Source of the DNA: Podarcis melisellensis
Taxonomy: Eukaryota
Assembly: GCA_964234715.1 (NCBI GenBank)
Contig: OZ174275.1
Length of the DNA stretch: 64,000 nucleotides
Strand: one strand, 5' to 3'
Position 1 is the first letter of the stretch. The number at the start of each line of letters is the position of its first letter. The notes under the pieces are model-generated. The model made no database searches, was not told the DNA's origin, and worked only from the letters and a program-made list of their open reading frames with translations. Shown here in pieces: positions 24,066 to 38,189 of the stretch. Made by a program: the position numbers and the translations under genes.

Positions 24066-24845
24066 GCAAGATGAATTTTAACAGGGAGAAATGTAAAGTA
24101 TTGCACTTGGGCAAAAAAAATGAGAGGCACAAATACAAGATGGGTGACACCTGGCTTGAGAGCAGTACATGTGAAAAGGATCTAGGAGTCTTGGTTGACC
24201 ACAAACTTGACATGAGCCAAGAGTGTGACGCGGCAGCTAAAAAAGCCAATGCAATTCTGGGCTGCATCAATAGGAGTATAGCATCTAGATCAAGGGAAGT
24301 AATAGTGCCACTGTATTCTGCTCTGGTCAGACCTCACCTGGAGTACTGTGTCCAGTTCTGGGCACCACAGTTCAAGAAGGACACTGACAAACTGGAACAT
24401 GTCCAGAGGAGGGCAACCAAAATGGTCAAAGGCCTGGAAACGATGCCCTATGAGGAACGGCTAAGGGAGCTGGGCATGTTTAGCCTGGAGAAGAGGAGGT
24501 TAAGGGGTGATATGATAGCCATGTTCAAATATATAAAAGGATGTCACATAGAGGAGGGAGAAAGGCTGTTTTCTGCTGCTCCAGAGAAGCGGACACGGAG
24601 CAATGGATCCAAACTACAAGAAAGAAGATTCCACCTAAACATTAGGAAGAACTTCCTGACAGTAAGAGCTATTCAACAGTGGAATTTGCTGCCAAGGAGT
24701 GTGGTGGAGTCTCCTTCTTTGGAGGTCTTTAAGCAGAGGCTTGACAACCATATGTCATGAGTGCTCTGATGGTGTTTCCTGCTTGGCAGGGGGTTGGACT
24801 CGATGGCCCTTGTGGTCTCTTCCAACTCTATGATTCTATGATTCT
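24066..24845 (+). mobile_element. young 5'-truncated CR1 LINE (ORF2 C-terminus + 3' UTR)
   Basis: Uninterrupted ORF 24041-24760 with CR1 motifs [43 protein letters not shown]; ends in (ATTCTATG)n. Confidence 0.97.
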
Positions 24846-26430
24846 AAGCACTAATAGTTATGTGCAACGCATACTAGTTTGCACTGAAGGGTCTGTAGGT
24901 GCACTTGACTAATGGATGGGTGATACGGTCTGAGCCAGGACACTGATCTGTTTTTGAGGCAAGGGGGTCAAATGCAAGCTCCTCTGTCATCCCATTCCCA
25001 AGTGAGCACCTTACGCAGTCCAAGCAGGCTACATCCACTATCTCATTATCAGGTGAGCACACACACAAATGTCCACAGCAAGGTATACATAGACTGGCTC
25101 AGTGTAGAAGTATGTGGACCAGTGACAGGGGCAGCTTCCTGGCGGAAGATACTTTCCCCCCAACATCTAGGCACAAATGTATTCCTTGTTAACCCTACCT
25201 TTGTGGTTCCCATAGCCTATGCAGCCCATTAGGTTCGCCGTCACTTCCTTTCCTGCTTTCCAAAAGATACCAGCATGGCAAAGAGAAAAACAAATAGCAT
25301 GGAATGCTAGGAACAGGCACATCTATCAGTTTCCAGTTTGTTAACTTATTTATGCTACAAAGTTGTTGTATTTGCAGTGTTGTTGAACTATGTGAGTAAT
25401 TGTATGTCACAGAGTTTTGCAGCAGCTTAAAGATAAGCATACTACAGCAAAAGACTTTATAAGCCAGAACCTACTCTTTCAGGTAAATAAAATGTTGTTG
25501 ATTCTTTTGTTGATAATTTTGTTTTTATCTTTTTTTGTAAATGCTTTGAAATTTGTTTTTTTACAATCAAACTGTGTATAAATTTAATGAAATAAATAAA
25601 AGTAAGTAAGTGGTGAGTATACTCTGCATACAGAGAGGACAATGGTCCACAAAAACGTACGGCACAATGTATTTGCTAATATTTAGGATGCTACAAAATA
25701 CGCCGTTGTTTCTGTTGGCTAAAGAGTTCAGTAGCCGGAAGCCACGTTTTAGCAAAGTACAAAGCAAGACAAGTGTCGGAAATAACAAAATTAGTTGTCT
25801 GGTAGACAGTCAATAAAAACCATATACAATATTTCACTTCCCTACCAAATGTAAAATAAGTAAAAAAAGATATATAGAACTATGAAGTAGCTGAATTCGC
25901 AAAAGCAACAGTGCATCAAGACCTTGACATATCAGCTCCAGAAATCTTTTTTTTAAAAAATGCTAGCAATAACAGACAAAGGAACACCAGTCTTATTAAG
26001 CAAGAAACAGTAAATATACTGACAGCAGAACATGTAATATTCTGGATTGCTAGAATCCATTGCATAACCTGTATATGTACACCAAATGACATATGCAGAT
26101 AGAATCCAGCATTCTGTATTGCCCTGTAATCATGGAACACATACGTTTATCATTGACATCTGATTGTATCGCCACAGCAGTGTCAGTAAGCTATCTTGTT
26201 AGGGATATTTCTGCCACTTTCATCCTTCAAGAACCCATAGATGGAGTCCCCTTGTTCGGTAACACATTTGATTTCTTCTTCTAATTCACCAATATAAATG
26301 TTGCCCAATACCTTAAACAAGTAACTATGTATCTTAACAGTACAAACTAAGTACAGTGAGTATAAAACAGTACTTTTCTGAAATGCTCTCACACCAGCTG
26401 AAAAATGGCTACACTTAAGTGCAATGTGAA

Positions 26431-26433
<3 letters not shown>

Positions 26434-26465
<32 letters not shown>
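26434..26465. repeat. (GT)16 microsatellite
   Basis: direct reading. Confidence 0.97.
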
Positions 26466-26466
<1 letters not shown>

Positions 26467-27199
26467 TCCCAGTGTATTTGTGGTTGCTGATCACCATTAA
26501 ATAACATACATCCTTTCTTGTATCCAGAATATTTCAAACAAGGCTTAGTTGGATTTTTCTAGGGATGCATCAAATTCTATCTTCTATTCAAGCAAGGGTG
26601 CTTATTCTAAAAAGGATGGTGAAAAGGCTGAAAAAGCTGCTCAAGTGAATGCATTGGGTGAAAATCAACGTCACATGAGCAGACTTCCACCTGCATCATG
26701 GGGCTTCCCCTTCCTCACCTCCTCTCTGTTGCCCCCCCACCCTAAATGTGCTCTGGGTGGCCTCCCAACCCTAAGGAAAGCTGCTAGCCATGATAGCTAC
26801 TGCTCTGCCTCCATAGTTGGAGGCAGCAATACTTCTGAATACTAGTTTCTAGAAACCACAAGAGAGGAAAGTGCTCACAGATTTATTGAGAGCTGCACAA
26901 GTTATTATAGCTAGGAGGTGGAAGGGGCAAGGTGAATATAAAATGGAATAATGGTATGAAGAGGTGTGGGATATAGCTATTAATGATAAATTAACATGTG
27001 CTATTAAGGTAAGATAGAAATTATTCTGAGGAGATATGGAAGGTATTTGTAGAATTTGTACGGTTAAAATGGAAAGGGGTCAAACCATAGCAAGAGGTGC
27101 TGAAATTTTGGGAGGTCTTGAGTTTTGATAACCTCATAGCAATAAATAAGTCCCCCCACAATGAAATCAACTTTTTTGAATAAATTTTACTATGCTTTT

Positions 27200-27901
27200 T
27201 TTTTTCAAAGTCCAGCATCACCTGAGCTCTGAGAGTGCAGCTTTCTCCCGATTGAAGTACAGAGTGTTTGAGGGTGGAGACATTTGCAGGGAAACCAAAA
27301 TGCTTGTTTACTCCAACTCCTCGAAAGATTCCATTAACGGTGTCTCCGAAAAACGTTACACATCACTTGGGAAGACAGGTGAACTAATGCTAGTGTACTG
27401 GAAGAAGCAAAGATTACCAGTGTTGAAGCAATGATTCTTCAACATCCACTTCGTTGGACTGGTTATGTTGTTTGGATTCCTGATTATCGTCTTCCAAATC
27501 AACTACTTCATCCCCAATTTAAGAATGGAAAGCAAAATACCGGTGGTCAACAAAAGAGGTTTAAAAATCTTCTTAAGGCAAATCTAAAAAAATGTAGTAT
27601 AAGCACTGATAACTGGGAAACACTGGCCTGCAAGTGCTCCAATTGGAGAACAGCCTTTACCAAAGGTGTCAAGGACTTTGAAGATGCTTAAACTCAGGAC
27701 CAAATGGAGAAACGTGCTAAGAGGAAGGCATGTTTGGCAAACCCTCACCATGATAAACTCTGGCCCCAAAACCTATGTCCCCACTGTGGAAGGATGTATG
27801 GATCCAGAATTGGCTTCCACAGTCACTTACGGACTCACTGTTAAAACCGTATTTGTGGAAGACAAGATTACTTGGCCACAAGTGATCACCAAAGAAGAAG
27901 A
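27200..27901 (+). mobile_element. RTE-clade LINE 3' fragment
   Basis: LRWTGYVVWIPDYRLPNQLL, GGQQKRFK, C-terminal CPHCGR...HSHLRTH zinc finger, (GAA)n tail; frameshifts and an internal deletion. Confidence 0.9.
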
Positions 27902-28584
27902 GATATGTTAACACAACCTGTTACTTTGCATACCTTGATTTTTTTACTATGAAAAACCAAGTTAGAAGTTTGCTTTCAGGATGTTTTAATTATTTTTTAA
28001 ATAATTTAAATAATTTTTAAATAATTTAAATTAAAAATACTGAAGAAGCAGAAGAAGGAGAATGCACTGTCAATGTATTCAGTACCTTACAAAGTAGCAC
28101 AGGTCCCTGCTCTGAAAAGCTCACAGTTAAATCTGAACTTTCCTCTTATGTTTTGTTCTTGTTTAACATTTTCAAAGCCTTGTTGTAAGGCATGCCTTCG
28201 AACTGGGGAGCATAAGGCTCAACTCTGCTTCTGAATATAAATGACTCACAATATTTTATAATATTTGTAACAAAATTCCCTGTGGATTTTTGTTTTTATT
28301 CCAAACACATCCTCCCACCAAGGTCTTATGAGAGTGAGTCATAGTTATGTCATGAAAAACCACTTCAGATTTAAATAAGGGAAAATTAATAACTTTTGCC
28401 TATTTAAGGTCTAAATATATCACCAGTGCAATCAACTGTTTTGACTACTGATGTGCTGAAATGGTTTTGTTTCAAAATTATACCATCTCAACTTTAAGTG
28501 AAGTATATTCATCCACAGTGTGTGTCGTGAACATCAAAGTTATATGGCATACTGGTGGCCCTTGCAAGGAAAGGCTGCAGTATA

Positions 28585-28962
28585 AGGGAAGGTAAAGGAC
28601 CCCTGGACAGTTTAGTCCAGTCAAAGGTGACTATGAGGTTGCAGCACTCTTCTCACTTCAGGTCGAGGGAGCTGACCTTTGTCCACAGACAGATTTCTGG
28701 GTCGTGTGACCAGCATGACTAAACCACTTCTGGTGCAACGGAGCACCGTGACAGAAACCAGAGCGAACATAGATGCAGTTTACCTTCCTGTCACAGTGGT
28801 ACCTATTTTTCTACTTGCACTGGCGTGCTTTTGAACTGCTAGGTTGGCAGGAGCTGGGACAGAGCAATGGGAGATCACCCCATCACAGGGATTCAAACCG
28901 CCGACCTTCCAATCAGCAAGCCCCAGAGGCTCAGTGGTTAAACCACAGCCCCACCCGCTCCC
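28585..28962 (-). mobile_element. Sauria SINE
   Basis: aaggtaaaggacccctggacagtt tail; body ctgggtcgtgtgaccagcatgactaa; tRNA-like head ...gtggtttaaccactgagcc...ggtttgaatccc; aligns with 40773-41096. Confidence 0.9.
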
Positions 28963-30781
28963 CATGCTGCAGTGTAACCTCACCCCCTAATGGAGGTGCT
29001 CTTGTTCAGCAAGCCAGGTGGCTCTCCTCCAGGACACTGTAAGCAGGAAAGGGTTCAAGCAGGACAATTTGCTCTTCCCCTCCTCTCCCCATTAAGCCTT
29101 TGAATTCCAGTTGCTGGGAACTGCAGGCGAGCAGAGTGCTATTCAACACATCAAGTATCTCATTGGCAACTAAGAAAACACATCAACCACTGAGCATGTT
29201 CGATCCTCCATCAGGCTTTCTGTGGAAGAGTGCCTCCTTTTGGAGTTTTAAAACCTGTCTCTTTTGTTTTCACACACACACACACATTGCCCACTCTGGT
29301 AAGATACCAATGTGATGTACAACAGTATCTACAAATATAGTAAAGCATAAGGTAGCATAAGAAGAAGGAAAAAATAATCATATAAATAACTGGCTCATCT
29401 TGGGTGGTGATGGCAACAAATAAGCAACTGAATAGGTCTGTCAGTATGAAAAAGGCTACGAGAAAGTTAGCAGCAAGGAGGCCTGCCAAATCTATGCTGG
29501 AAAAATATTCCACAGCGTTGAGATTGGTGGCACAAAATGCTCAACTCCTAGTTGACGCCAGGCAGATTTTCGAGACTTGAAGGCAGCACGTGAATGTTCT
29601 GAATATATAAGTTGACAAAATAATGTATTTCCCTGGTACTTCTGCAAGCTTTGGGGTTCCCCCAACCAAGCTGATACTTCTCCCTTGTTCTTGTTGGCTC
29701 TGTTTCTGTTGGCAAGGTGGCAGTGAGGCTGCTTTGTGGCAAGTTTCAAACCCAGTATTTTGGATTTAAAAAACCAATTTGAGTACCTTAAAATCCTTAA
29801 CCCAAGATGCTAAGAATCTAACCTGAGGCCTCACGGCCATGGAATGTGCTCTCTCCCTGGAAAAGTGACACCAAACATGCTGCTGGTCTCGCTCATTTAC
29901 ATATCAGGCATACCCTGCCATGGCTACATTATGCATGTAGACATACGCATGCTGTTGATGTTGATATACAATACCTTTCCTTAGCAGATATTTATACATT
30001 TTTAACAATCTCTTGGTATGCTAATCCATATTCAAATTGCATGTTGCAGCTCTCCGATTACCCTTCTGGTTCATTATATTTACCTGTAAGTCACTGACAG
30101 ACATTGTTTGCACTGCCATCTGGAATGCATACTGTGGTCTCCAGAACACAAGCCTCAAGCTAGTGGAAACTAACTACATCATGAAAGTGACAGGCACATT
30201 AAAAGCGTATTGAATGCTGTCCTGCCTTACCCATACTGACATACAACTACAAAACAGCTTTTACGTGGGTCCTGTAAGATGCTGCAAGCACCGTCCTTCT
30301 TCCTATGGCTCAAGGTTAAGTATCGCTGCAAATAACGGATAATAAAACGGGGCAAGAGAATAACAATAAAGTATAGGGAAGGAGATATTTTGTATTACTC
30401 TAAATATAAACATGAACAGTGGGAGGAACAGTAATTTCCTGTTTACACTATTTGGGGAACAAAATAATATTCTGGTCTCGATGTGATCTCTCTGGCATTA
30501 TGCAACAGGAGCATCCACAGCAACTCTCAAAATCTATTTTGTAGTTATAATGCAGATATAACGCTTGCCTTTAAAAAACAACCCACCAATAATAAAGACC
30601 TAGTATTTGCATGCTTGGGATCAAGTCGAGTTTACTAGCATGTTATCAATAAACATTACCTATGCACAGCAGCGATCAACACATTCACGCTGATGCTGGC
30701 CAGACTGAAAAGCAACAGGCCCGGCAGGAGAAACGGAAGCTTTCCTGCAGTGTGAATAAGAAAATATCAACAACAGATCTC

Positions 30782-30819
30782 TCTTACTCAGCTACAAGTG
30801 ATCACCAAAGAAGAAGAAG
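30782..30819 (+). mobile_element. micro-fragment of the RTE 3' tail
   Basis: ttactcagctacaagtgatcaccaaagaagaagaag matches 27868-27900 (ttacttggccacaagtgatcaccaaagaagaag). Confidence 0.7.
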
Positions 30820-31520
30820 CAGGGGAGATAACATGAGAAGGGGGAGAACCATGTAGACCACTTTGAGCTGCTTGGGGGGGGGGGGCGGGAGTGGGATATA
30901 AATGCTAAAATAAAATAATCATCCACCTACAATGTGTGTTGCTCTTAGGAACTCCTTTCCCCACTTACTGCTCTGATCACTGTTTCTCCCCAGTTCATCA
31001 CTATTTATTATTTGTAAAACTGCACAGAATACACTAGGGTTTTGGTAACAACCTTTTGCTAACACCATCCTCTAAAGCATTCCAAGGTCACTTTGTTCCA
31101 TCAGAATGTCACCCCTTGCTTCCATGTTGGGAGGTCTTCAATGTTCTTGATTTCGGTGCAATCTAAACATGTCAAGTTCTACATCAGATTCCACATAACT
31201 CGCTTCAACGCCCGCCTCAGTGAAAAACTCCCAAAAGAAGGTTGGAAACTTTTGTGGGTTTTGTGACTTTCAGTACCCCTGATAAGAGCACCTCCTTCTT
31301 ACCAAAACAGGTTGGCTGAATCCCAGAGACTTATATCCTGTTAGCATGTGTGAAGTATACTTATGGGAGACATGGTGAGTGTTAGAGCAGATGTGCTTGC
31401 TGTGAGTATCACCAAAGCACTAGATTGATAAACTATGTTAAGATCCAGAAGCACACATGAGCCTGTCTTCAAGGCATGCACAGAACTCTGGAATGTGTGG
31501 AGACCACCATTCATTTAAAA

Positions 31521-31646
31521 CAGTTCTCAACCCCAGATGTTGTTGGACTACAACTCCCATCATCCCTGAGCTCTGGCCTTGCTAGCTAGGGGTGATGCGA
31601 GTTGTAGTTCAACAACATCTGGGGACCCACAGGTTGAGAAAGGCTG
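31521..31646. mobile_element. hairpin hAT (Charlie-like) MITE
   Basis: Near-palindromic ccagatgttgttggactacaactcccatca / tgatgcgagttgtagttcaacaacatctgg; TSD atttaaaa / gtttaaaa. Confidence 0.8.
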
Positions 31647-33987
31647 GTTTAAAAGAAAGCGTATAATCTGCATGCTCATTCCATTTACATGCATGGAGCT
31701 GTAACATTTAATAAAACAAGTGGGAAGATCCTTGCAAATAGACTCCAGCTAATGTGTCCCTGGCAAATGCTACAGAATTGTTATATGAATTTACTAAAAA
31801 AAAAAAATTAAATGTTTGAAAATAGGTATCACTCAATATCCAATTATAATGATGAAGGTATTGATTTATAATAATTAAACCCTTTGGAATGTGGAGAAAG
31901 GGGGGGGGCATTAAAGTAAGATTTCTCCCCCCCCCCAGCAAATTTAAATTGTGTTCAAAACCAGCCTGATAAAGAGCCTAGACTTTACAAAAGGTGTATT
32001 GCATGGAATGCTGGTGTCTTATCCTGTTCTTCAAACTAACTCTGAACTATTTCACACACCAAGCACAATCCAATTGATGTTCTTGCTGTTCAACATCCAT
32101 TCATTTAAAAGAGGCTTGCACAGGCTTCGTATGCGCGGTGCTGGAATGAAGAGCGAAGCAGTGGACTGCACTCTTTTGTCTTTATATACGACAAAGGCAT
32201 GACTGTGAATCTGAGAACAGCTCAGCTGCCATTCTTTTGTGGATGTTTATCTGATGCTATTCCTGTTCTTGCAGATTTCCACGCAGCCATTTGTTACAGA
32301 TGCAGATGCTTGGTCTACATGCATTATTATCCCCAGGGTGATATGCATCAAAACGGCTTCTGTTGGTTTTCACTGGGTCCACCATGTGACATAATTATCA
32401 GCAGTAATCAGTCAGCAGTGCAAGATCTTTTAAAGCATGCTGCTATCCCTGAGAGCAAGGATCCTCCCACAGTTAACCGTTAAGATGTTATCTGTATGGA
32501 GCAAACCTAAAATCACTGCAGATTCAAGGAGGAGTAGGCTTTGGTTGTAAAACGGAGGTGTTGCCCTCATGAGAAAGGAACGTCTTCAAGCAGTCTGAGC
32601 TATGATGACTGGATTGTTCACCCTTATCTTATGTACAGTAGGTGACATTTGTCGTAAACTGCCATGATTAATCATTTCACTGTATCCAATGCAGCACAAG
32701 TGCAAGGAGGCTTGTGAAAAGACATTTGTGTCAGGGCAATTCCCCCCTCCAGCCCCTGAGACTCCTGAAATATACTAAATCTAAAAGCCATGATTCAAAG
32801 CAGGTTCCATATTCTGGGTTAAGGTGGAGTTTCGTTCATTTAACTATGGGTTAACATTGATCCAAAGTACTATGTAGTAAAGGAAATTCACTCCAATCAA
32901 GGGAGAGGGTGCTGGCGAACAGCTCACATCCTCAAAGGTGGCTTCCAATTTGATGAACCAAAAGCTATCATCACATCTGCAATGGCCGCAGAGGTATTTA
33001 TTGTCAGTCCATTGCTTTCAATGGGAAAAAAAGCTAAGAAGCAAACACCTAGGGATGCAATATTTTGACAACTTGTATATTCATTCAAGTGATTCAATTC
33101 TCTCCTGGGGTTACACAATATCAGAAGGCATGGGATAATCACTTGTTTGAAAGTGTTTGTACTTCACATTCTCCCTGAACAAGGAAAGCTTGTCTGTCAT
33201 GGAAAACACTAGTCACATATAGATAACTTTAAGTTAGGACAGAGAAGTAACAGGTAGGCAAATATTAAACCAGCAAAAAATAAAAAATGTTTTCCTCCAA
33301 ATCCCTATGGAAAATTTGGATGGATGCCCTAAGAACAATGTCATAAATGTTGTCATAACATCGCTAATGTTATTTATTCATTGAAAAGATTTATTCATTG
33401 CCTTTATGTCCTTGCAAGGGTTCCCTTGGTTGTTTATACTCATGCCTAAAAATTAAACAGCAAATAAACAAAAACTAGGATCATAAAAATAAAACACCAA
33501 CCGAACTATTAAAATTGGAGCCACCTAATTAAACAGTGGTGGTGGGAAACTCAGCACAGACAAAATTTTGCCAGGCAAAATAAAACAGTATTAACAGTGT
33601 GTCTAACAGTACAGTGCAATCCTCTACATGTCTACTCATAAGTAAGTTTCAATGATATGGTTTGATATGGTTACTGCATAGGACTGCAGCGGAAACATTG
33701 TGAGAAAGGCAGTCAAGCAAGTCTCACTGGCATGTAGGATCCATAGGTTGGTGATGCAACCCAAAATGCCACGGCTGAGTCTTCACCAACCATGCCTCCA
33801 AATATTGTGGAATACCAAACCGGGTTGTACATGTAAATGCACAAATAATAACTTACATTCATTTTTTCATTTGATAATATGTCATAATTTTAGCTACCAG
33901 ATAATGAGAGGGAGTCACACACTGCCCACTGTTGTTCCCTTGCAGAAAACAGTCTATAGAACAGGTTCTAAAAACAAAGAAATATTA

Positions 33988-34357
33988 CCGTATTTTTCAG
34001 TGTATAAGACGCCCCCATGTATTAGAAGGCCCATATTTTTTAAACCCTAAATTGATAAATCACTATTTTAAACACCAGAGATCGCCCAAACTTTTTGAGC
34101 TTTTGGGGAAAACTCGCTCAAACTTGTTGAGCTGAGGGAGGCAGGCAAGCAAGGCAGGGCGAGGAGGCGAGTGATAGCTAGCAATAGGGAGCAGGAGCAG
34201 GAACTAGAGCCAAGCAGAGCATGAAGATGGCGGACGCCATAGAAGCGGAACAAGCAGTTGAAGCGCTGAATGATATTCTTCCATGTATAAGACGACCCCC
34301 TTTTTTGGACTACAAAGAGAGAGCAAAAAACATCGTCTTATACATGGAAAAACATGG
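33988..34357. mobile_element. Tc1/mariner (pogo/Tc2-like) MITE
   Basis: TIRs ccgtatttttcagtgtataagacg / cgtcttatacatggaaaaacatgg, TA on both sides, internal tgtataagacg motifs. Confidence 0.8.
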
Positions 34358-37300
34358 TAATTGTTTTACTATCTTTCTAAACTATGACCTTTGTCAAGAT
34401 TAACACCAGATATGGAAAGATCAAGATTTCCTCATTTGTGAATAATAATATTCAATTTCTTTTTATTCAATCATCAATACTTCCCCCCCCCAAAACTAAA
34501 AATGTCATGTGAGAAAGAGGCAACTAGTTTGTAGTTTAATTACATCGCTCTACAAAGATCCAGAATCTCTTTTTAATAAAAATAAACCTTTATAATGTTG
34601 AATTCATGTGAAAGCTTTTAAAAAGGATCATATAAGGAAAAGTTAGCATCTGAGCAGTTTTTAGGAGAAATGTTCTTGAAATGAACAGAATGATCTACTT
34701 TCTCGAGCTCATCCTGTTCTTAAGGAGGCAAGTATGACCGAAGTCACATTATACCAGTGAGGTGATATACTGGATAAATAAATTTTCTCTCAGGAAATTA
34801 GTGAAATAGAAAATAATGGGCCCGTGGGCTTCTCTTTTTATTCCTCCCTCTCTGAGCAGGACACTGGCTTAATGAGAAACTGGAATAATGTCATATGAAA
34901 TATTGCCACCTCCAACCCCATTTATACTGTAGCCCTTTGTAGTAAGCCCCACTGAACAAAGCGGGACTTACTTATGAGTAAACATTTACAGGACTACATT
35001 GTTGGTATTTTAAATTTAACACTGGAATCACTGACCAAGAAAATAAAAACAAGGAGTATAGTACCTCTTCCTTTAAGCTCCACTCTTAATCAAAGGAACC
35101 ATTTCCCAGTCCCCTCTTAAATTCTGGGCAAAGGGAGGCAGTTTCTATCAGAGTGAGTATTCAAGACCTACTGACAGTACAGCGTTTTTTAAAAAGCATT
35201 TTCACAGCTGGGAGCCATGTCACAGGCATCTTACGATATGATGGCGACTTCGTAATACTCAAGGGCAAAAGCAAGAAGACTTCCCCAAAATATAATAAAA
35301 CACACACAAGATAAACTAGATTACTCGCAAAGCATTGCTTTTTCGCAGAAACTGTGTGTTTCCAGTTAACTACCTATCATTTGTAAATTTTGCAAAGTTT
35401 GCACCAAAAGAAATGCCCCTTCAATTGTCACAGGATACATCCTGTTTGCAGCTGCTTATGACATGGTATCCAGCTGCGAACGTGCTTCATTCAGCAACAC
35501 GCTGCCTGTAGGGTTTGATTTCTTTCTCTCCCTGTTTGGCAAAGCTGCCTCCTTTCATTGCAAAGGGGAGCAAAGGAAAAAGGAACACAGTGTGGGATTG
35601 TTCCCTTTTATTAGAGAAGCATTCTCTCTTTGGGACGGGAAAGAATGTTAAACAGAAAAATTAGAATCTTGCATGCAGATTTACACATGTAAAAGGAGGA
35701 ATGTTGGCAATGAATTAAAAAACCTAGGTGAACCCTCTGTCCTTGGGTAACTTGAGAACTGCTGGCCTTTCCCATAATATTTAAGGATGTTAGGCATCAT
35801 TTTGGGGGCCCAATTTTTGTAACATAACATCCAGCCTGAATATATACAAAGCTTGCTGTAGCTTCCTTTGGTCCCAATAAAAGCATTATCCTTATACTGT
35901 CTTCTTATTGTTCACTTATAGGACAGCTGGGTGCAATTCAAAGTGCAGTGCTAGTAAGACCCTGGACACCCACCGTTTTAACTTCACAGAGCCATCTATA
36001 CATATAAATTAGGATTTGCAAATTATATGCAAATTTGTGTCATGGGTGTGTGCCCATAGTCCCTTCCATGCCTGAAACCACCCTTGCTTTGATTTTATTT
36101 ATTTTCTGGCATTTTTCATTGCAAAATCATGAATTATTTCCCCGAAATCAATTTCTCTTGCAAGGTCACACTCAGTAGGGGGGTGGGGGGACTAGCTAGG
36201 TGGCTTAACCCCACAGGATAACGCCTGCAGTTTTTTGATGAGTGATAGCTTGCTAAAACTTCTTTTAGCTTCTGCCACTGGCAGTGTGCAAAAATTCCAT
36301 AGGCCTATTTCACACTTCACTGAAACTAAGATGAAGTTGTTTTTTTGTAAATCACATTTAATACTGTAAGGGGGTTGGTAGTTAACTCTTACGCAAAACT
36401 AGACTTGGAATTATTTTTATATCTTAAAGCAAGATATAAGGTAACACCAAGCAATCATCCCAACATTTCTTTCCATCTGGTAGCATCTGTTAATATTTGT
36501 TTCTTTTTCTTTTATTTCACTGTCCACACCATGTCTACCTGATAGTGATTGCTGTAATTCTTTCTACTGGTACTAGAAAGGTTTCACTTTCAAGAAGCTT
36601 AGTACAGTATATAGTTCGCAAATGTTGTTTCGTAACTGGTGAATGCCCTTCATTTTTCACAAGTGTGTTTCCCTTGCAGAAAAAAGTCAACATGGGAAAC
36701 AGTACAAATCACATCTGCTAAGAAATTCAGGAAAACTATGCCTACTACCATCTTTTGGGGGTGACATTGGGGATTAATTCTGCGTCTACATGCCCGTCCA
36801 TATTTTGTCTGTCAGACATTTTTTTAATTTGTGTGGCCACTGGTTTATTTTTGGGCCATCCACTTGACATGCAAAATAAGATGCTAATTTTCATATGACA
36901 TATCTTAAGCAAATCTGTGTCTTTTTAGCTAGTGGGTTGGAAGGCCCAATCCACATAGTGAAATAGGCCCAGAAAATCCTCTTGGCACACCTGGATCCTG
37001 TCTCTATATTGAAATAATTTTCACATTCTTTTTGTTCAAAATCTGCTTTGCTAATTAACGTACAGGCCGAACCTGGCTGCAGAAAACCCTTGTCTGTTTT
37101 GAAAAACTAGATGACTGATTGGTGCCCTTTAACTTCTTTTAGTTCCCTATCTTTAACCTCCTTACATTTCTTTCCACCTTATTTGTCTTTATAGCCTGAC
37201 ATGGCAGTATGCTGGGAGCAGACAGAGAACTAGACATTCACTCACCTTGGGGTCTGTAAAGCCAATCAGCAACATTACTATCTCCGACTATCTCTGAAAT

Positions 37301-37402
37301 CAGTGTCCCTGTCTGATTATTATGGTGCTTTGTCCCTCCTAGTACCTGTCCCTCCTGCCTGTACACAAGGAACTCTTGAAATGGGAGCTCTTAGAATCAA
37401 CC

Positions 37403-37510
37403 ATAGGAACACAGAATCATAGTTGGAAGGGACTCTGAGTGTCATCTAGTCCAACCCCCTGCAATGCAGGAATCTCAGCTTAAAGCATCCATCACAGATG
37501 GCCATCCAAC
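37403..37510 (-). mobile_element. CR1 3' end fragment
   Basis: atagttggaagggac...catctagtccaaccccctgcaatgcaggaatc is the reverse complement of the CR1 3' UTR seen at 49590-49640. Confidence 0.8.
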
Positions 37511-37752
37511 CTTTACTGGAGTGAACATGTTCTATAGTAGAGAAGTCTCTGTCTTTCAAAGCACAAGCTCTCTTTGTTTTAAGAGAACAGTCTGGGTCAG
37601 AAATTTGCTGTTCTGATCAGCAAATCTCACAGAATTTGAACAAGGAGAAAATACTTACAGGAAATAAGTTTCCATAAATAACCTCAAGAATGACCTACAA
37701 ATGAACTTGATTGTCCACCTTATGAAAATAGGGTTTCAGTCTGCCAATCCTG

Positions 37753-37845
37753 TAAATGTGTACAGCATTGCAGCATAAGGCAACCTCCACTGAAAACAAT
37801 TAGACTACTTCCGAGTAGATAGTTAGCTTTTAGCCATTATTAGCT
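37753..37845 (+). repeat. 93-bp dispersed direct repeat, copy 1
   Basis: 90/93 identical to 39505-39597. Confidence 0.9.
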
Positions 37846-38053
37846 AACTTTGTCCTGCTACATTGCACCCTTTCTTACCCAAATTGCAACCACTATGATT
37901 AAGCCCTGTTAAGGGAGTCTGGGTCTCAGCAACTAGGGGAATCACTCCCCAGTATCTCAATATGCGGGGAATGCAGGGAGGAAAGGAAGCACAAATCCTG
38001 TTGTACAAGAGGCACTCTGTTCGTGCATGTAGAATTTAATCAGTGGTCTAGAG

Positions 38054-38189
38054 CAAGGTTTCCTAAACTTGGGTCTCCAGCTGTTTTGGGACTACAATTC
38101 CCATTATCCCTGACCACTGGACCTTCTAGCTAGGAATGATGGGACTTGGAGTCCAACAACAGCTAGAGACCCAAGTTTGGCAAATCCTG
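38054..38189. mobile_element. hairpin hAT (Charlie-like) MITE
   Basis: Palindromic body; TSD gtctagag / ctctagag. Confidence 0.85.

Noticed and set aside
35845-35900. aaagcttg...ttggtcccaataaaagcattatcc, reminiscent of another PLE 3' end
   Set aside because: Too short and degenerate; no hammerhead core visible
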